Positions 60,706-64,000 of a DNA stretch of 64,000 bases are shown here, one piece after another. The notes under the pieces were generated by a model, which was not told the origin of the DNA, did no database searches, and saw only the letters and a list, made by a program, of their open reading frames with translations. How positions within the stretch are numbered: the stretch's first letter is position 1; each line of letters begins with the position of its first letter. The position numbers and the translations under genes are program-made. Source of the stretch: Rhynchobatus australiae (Eukaryota); assembly GCA_034780895.1 (NCBI GenBank), contig JAUZTB010000063.1, positions 13,770,552-13,834,551 on the forward strand, in the 5' to 3' direction.

Positions 60706-62494
60706 TGCAGACGGAAGAAACCCGCTCCTGTAAACAGACAAACCCAGGACAACCTCGGTCATTCCTGGCCAGAACACTGGAGCTGATAAAAATTGGTGCT
60801 TAAAATTAATCTGGCTTAATTTTGTAAATACCTGCACCAGTTGCGATTGCTTTGAGTGTGGCCTGCTGTCGTACACTAGAGGTGGGCAGAAGTTAAAATG
60901 CTTTCATTGAGGCTCTCGCTGTTTCTTTCAACGCAGGATATGTAAACGCAACTCACAATAGACAAGTTGGACTGAGGTTCAGATCTCTCTCCTTTCCCAC
61001 CCCCACCTCGTCCTGCCCTCCGGGTGCTTCGCCTAATTCAATTTCGTGGTACCTGCCTCTTCCTGGCCGCGGATCCTTGTCTATCTCTCGGACTCTTCAT
61101 CCTCGGAGCCGCAGATTCCTCCGTTCCTCCGTTCCGGCCTCTCCAGAAACTAATAACCCGAGTCGAATGACAAACGGCCCCGGACATCGATTTCCCTCTC
61201 TCAGACCCGGGCGGCAAACTAACTCAGAGTGGGAGAGGGAGAGGGGAGGCGGCCGAGAGTGGAGCTCAGGATCAGTAGCCGCAGCCTTCCTCACCGCCAA
61301 GTTGGCACTGCCTTTATACCATTTGACGACCCAAGTTGCCCCGGGGTCATTCGGCTAGTTTTCCGTCCTCTCATTTACCTGCTGTTGACAATTAGACGGA
61401 TACCATTAGAAGCACCTTCTTCCATATTTTATAAACTACCTAAACCTGATCCTCTCTCAATACCCTCAATCTCCCTCAACTCGCCCCTCCCCCCCTCTCT
61501 CTCTCTGTCTCTCCCACTTTTACCAAGCCGAGCACAGACTCCTTGAAAAGGAAACCAACCAAAACCTTTTGTTTCCCACCCACACGTGTTAAACCCGATC
61601 CCAGAAATACAGGAAAATCGACTCTTCTGAACCGGGGCCAAGAGTGAAACCTTAACCGGCCGGCCTCACAAAAGGAAGAGGCCGGAGACTGGGCTCCAGC
61701 GGCTGCTGAATATTTAACATCGCCGGATTAAACTACATGCGACACCGCCAGCCCCCATCTGACGCCCCGAGCCCGTTACTGTGCTCTCACCAGGTGTAAC
61801 ACTCGCTCACCTGCGCAGCATGGATGCAACTCGGTCACTGTAACCGAAGCACGGGCAAACAATGAGGATGCGCGGAATTAAATGCAGTCCCTCGCGGTTT
61901 CAGTTGGCTACACTTACAACGCAGCAGGATTTTATTTTTCCATGTGTACACACTTTATAATTGCAAAGACATTCTGGTCATATTGTGTTGTATCACTTAG
62001 AGAGAATTACCTGGTTGCTGTGAAATGTAGCTCTACAAATGTAGCACTAAACCGCGTCCAGTGGTAGGTGTAAAGGCGAAAATGGATAAACAGATGGATA
62101 TTATATATTGCTGTGTTAAAGCTGATCATTACAGCTCGGGCAATTTGAATTCATTGGGTGCAGCCGCCTCGGTTGAAGCGATCTATGTGTTTGTGGGTGT
62201 CTGACCTTGTCCGTGTGGTTCCAGTGTGTTTGTTTCTACATGTGGGTGCCTATATCTTTGTATCTTGCTTTATGGATCTGAGTGGGTGCCTTCTTCTCGG
62301 GTAGTCCTTCAGGAAAGAGGATGGTTTCTGTGGGTTCCGACTGTGCCACGAGGGGGGGGGGGGGAAGAGGAGGTGCGACACTGGGTGGGTTGATTGGGGT
62401 CTTGCGTGTTTTTCCAGCTCTTTACCCCTGGCCGCTGTGTGCTCGGGGCGTTCCTGGGTGCTTCTCCACCACTTCAAGCTGCAGACAGAAACTC

Positions 62495-62710
62495 TGCCAA
62501 CAAAATATTGCAGACACTGGAAATCTGAGAGAAATGAGGTAAATACTCAGCCAGTCGATCAGCATCGGTGGGGACAGCGCCGGAGCTAAGGTTTCAGTGT
62601 GTGACCTTGTGAATGATCATTGACCTGAAACGTCAATTATCCTTTTATCTTCACAGATGCTGCCTGACCTACTGAGTATTTGCTGCAGTTCTTGTCTTTC
62701 CAGTCTTTGC
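62495..62710. mobile_element. Penelope terminal-repeat fold-back derivative
   Basis: aaatactcagccagtcgatcagcatc / gatgctgcctgacctactgagtattt inverted arms. Confidence 0.65.
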
Positions 62711-63264
62711 ACGCCGGGGCGTGGAGTTCATGAATGAATGGCTCCTATCTCTGCTGTCAGTGAAGATGAGGCGCGAAAGACTCTCCCCACTGCCCTCCCC
62801 CCATCTCAGAACACCCTGGCAGGCTCAGTAAAGATTAGCCGGACTGTGGGGAGTGGGCGGGCTCGGCGCTCCCTACTTTCCATTTACTTCTGCCGTACCC
62901 ACCTTGGTCTGGTTTTACGGCGTTCCCAATGCTCCAATCCCTGGCATCACCCACACCGCCTTATACAACACGAACGTCGCAGAAATCCAGGTGGAAGCTT
63001 CCGAGGCCGTCCCCCGCGACCGAGGGCGACTTGCTCCCATTCCATGTGGCTTCTGAGGTGGCTGATGGGGCAAGCCCTCCCCCCGTGGATGGAGCAAGGT
63101 GTGGTTGACCACACTTTGTGAGGAGGTGACCTGGGCTCTGCCTGCCTGGGCCCGGGGTTCTCAGTACCACACCGAACGCTCCCTCAGTGCTGAGCGGCTA
63201 AGTCTCTGTTAAGGGGTTCAAAGAGTCATTTCATTTGTCAGTTATTAGACAAACAGGGGCAGCA

Positions 63265-63405
63265 CAATAAAAGAATATGCAGGAAACTTGAAGTAAAACT
63301 CGGCGTGTCTGATGAAGTCCTTGGAGCTGACACATTAACCCGGTCTCTCTCTGTACAGATGTGGCCTGACCTGCTGAGTTATCTTGTACATTCTCCGTTT
63401 TTATA
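63265..63405. mobile_element. Penelope terminal-repeat derivative
   Basis: ctgatgaagtcc...acattaac...cagatgtggcctgacctgctgagtt. Confidence 0.6.
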
Positions 63406-64000
63406 ACTCGATAAATAGGAATCGGTTAACGATACCGATAGCGAGACGTTAACAGGTGAACTATGAAGCTGACAAAACATAATTTGAGAGGTATAATTCA
63501 ATCGAGAACACCATTTAAATCAGGAAAGAAGCGGGTTGCGTTTTGTGGACCGTTTGATACTAGTGTTGTTTTAACACAGCCGAACTGCAGCGATAGTTTA
63601 ATTTATTTTCAAAGCCTAAAGTACTTATTTCTCTATTTAATTGTTAATAATTTAAACCTTTAAGGAATACAGGAGATGTAATGATAACCCAGGACATAAA
63701 GTCCTACAATAATAACATTATTAATTTAAATGTCACCGTTGGAAAATGCTCGGTTAGAAAATGTTTTGCATTTCCACCTATGACCGTGGAATTAATAAAC
63801 GCTATGGAAAATGTAAAATGTTTGGAACATTAAACATTTGGCAGATTTTGAGATTCCTAGTTGGCGGGCACCCCGACCCAGTAATGTTCTGGGCGCACAC
63901 TGGGATCGTCTAATTAATCCGATCCTTCATACGTACAGTCAGTCGCAAGGGGTTTTAACAAAATTACAAAATCAGGGTTATTTTAAATATTAGGGCCATT

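Larger units (their letters stand above)
60590..64000. promoter_or_regulatory. Second CpG island, running off the window
   Basis: High CG density, GC boxes, minus-strand donor CAG|GTGAGC at 61811/61810. Confidence 0.65.

Noticed and set aside
63759-63823. ~18 bp AU/GU-rich hairpin
   Set aside because: Short weak stem with a large loop and no similarity to a miRNA I recognise

Overview
Eukaryotic, almost entirely non-coding DNA. The repeat content (CR1/HER1-type, Rex1/Babar, RTE and L2 LINEs, Penelope-like elements, Deu-domain and V-domain SINEs) points to a cartilaginous fish (shark or ray). No intact protein-coding gene is supported; the recognisable ORF-track hits are retroelement remnants. 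The functional core is the complete sensory-organ miR-183/miR-96/miR-182 cluster on the minus strand (hairpins at ~37.46, ~33.50 and ~32.83 kb; the mature 5p sequences match the canonical vertebrate ones as I recall them). The miR-183 to miR-96 spacer is unusually long (~3.9 kb). Upstream lie a ~11 kb CpG-rich, nearly transposon-free domain (44-55.5 kb) and a second CpG island (60.6-64 kb). These carry splice signals for a candidate spliced non-coding host transcript (pri-miRNA), a candidate divergent plus-strand lncRNA exon, and SIX/ONECUT, OTX/CRX and POU4F-type motifs. A candidate terminal exon with a polyA signal of an unidentified plus-strand gene sits at ~0.8-0.96 kb. Repeat family names are from recall of consensus sequences, not from a database search, and repeat boundaries are approximate.
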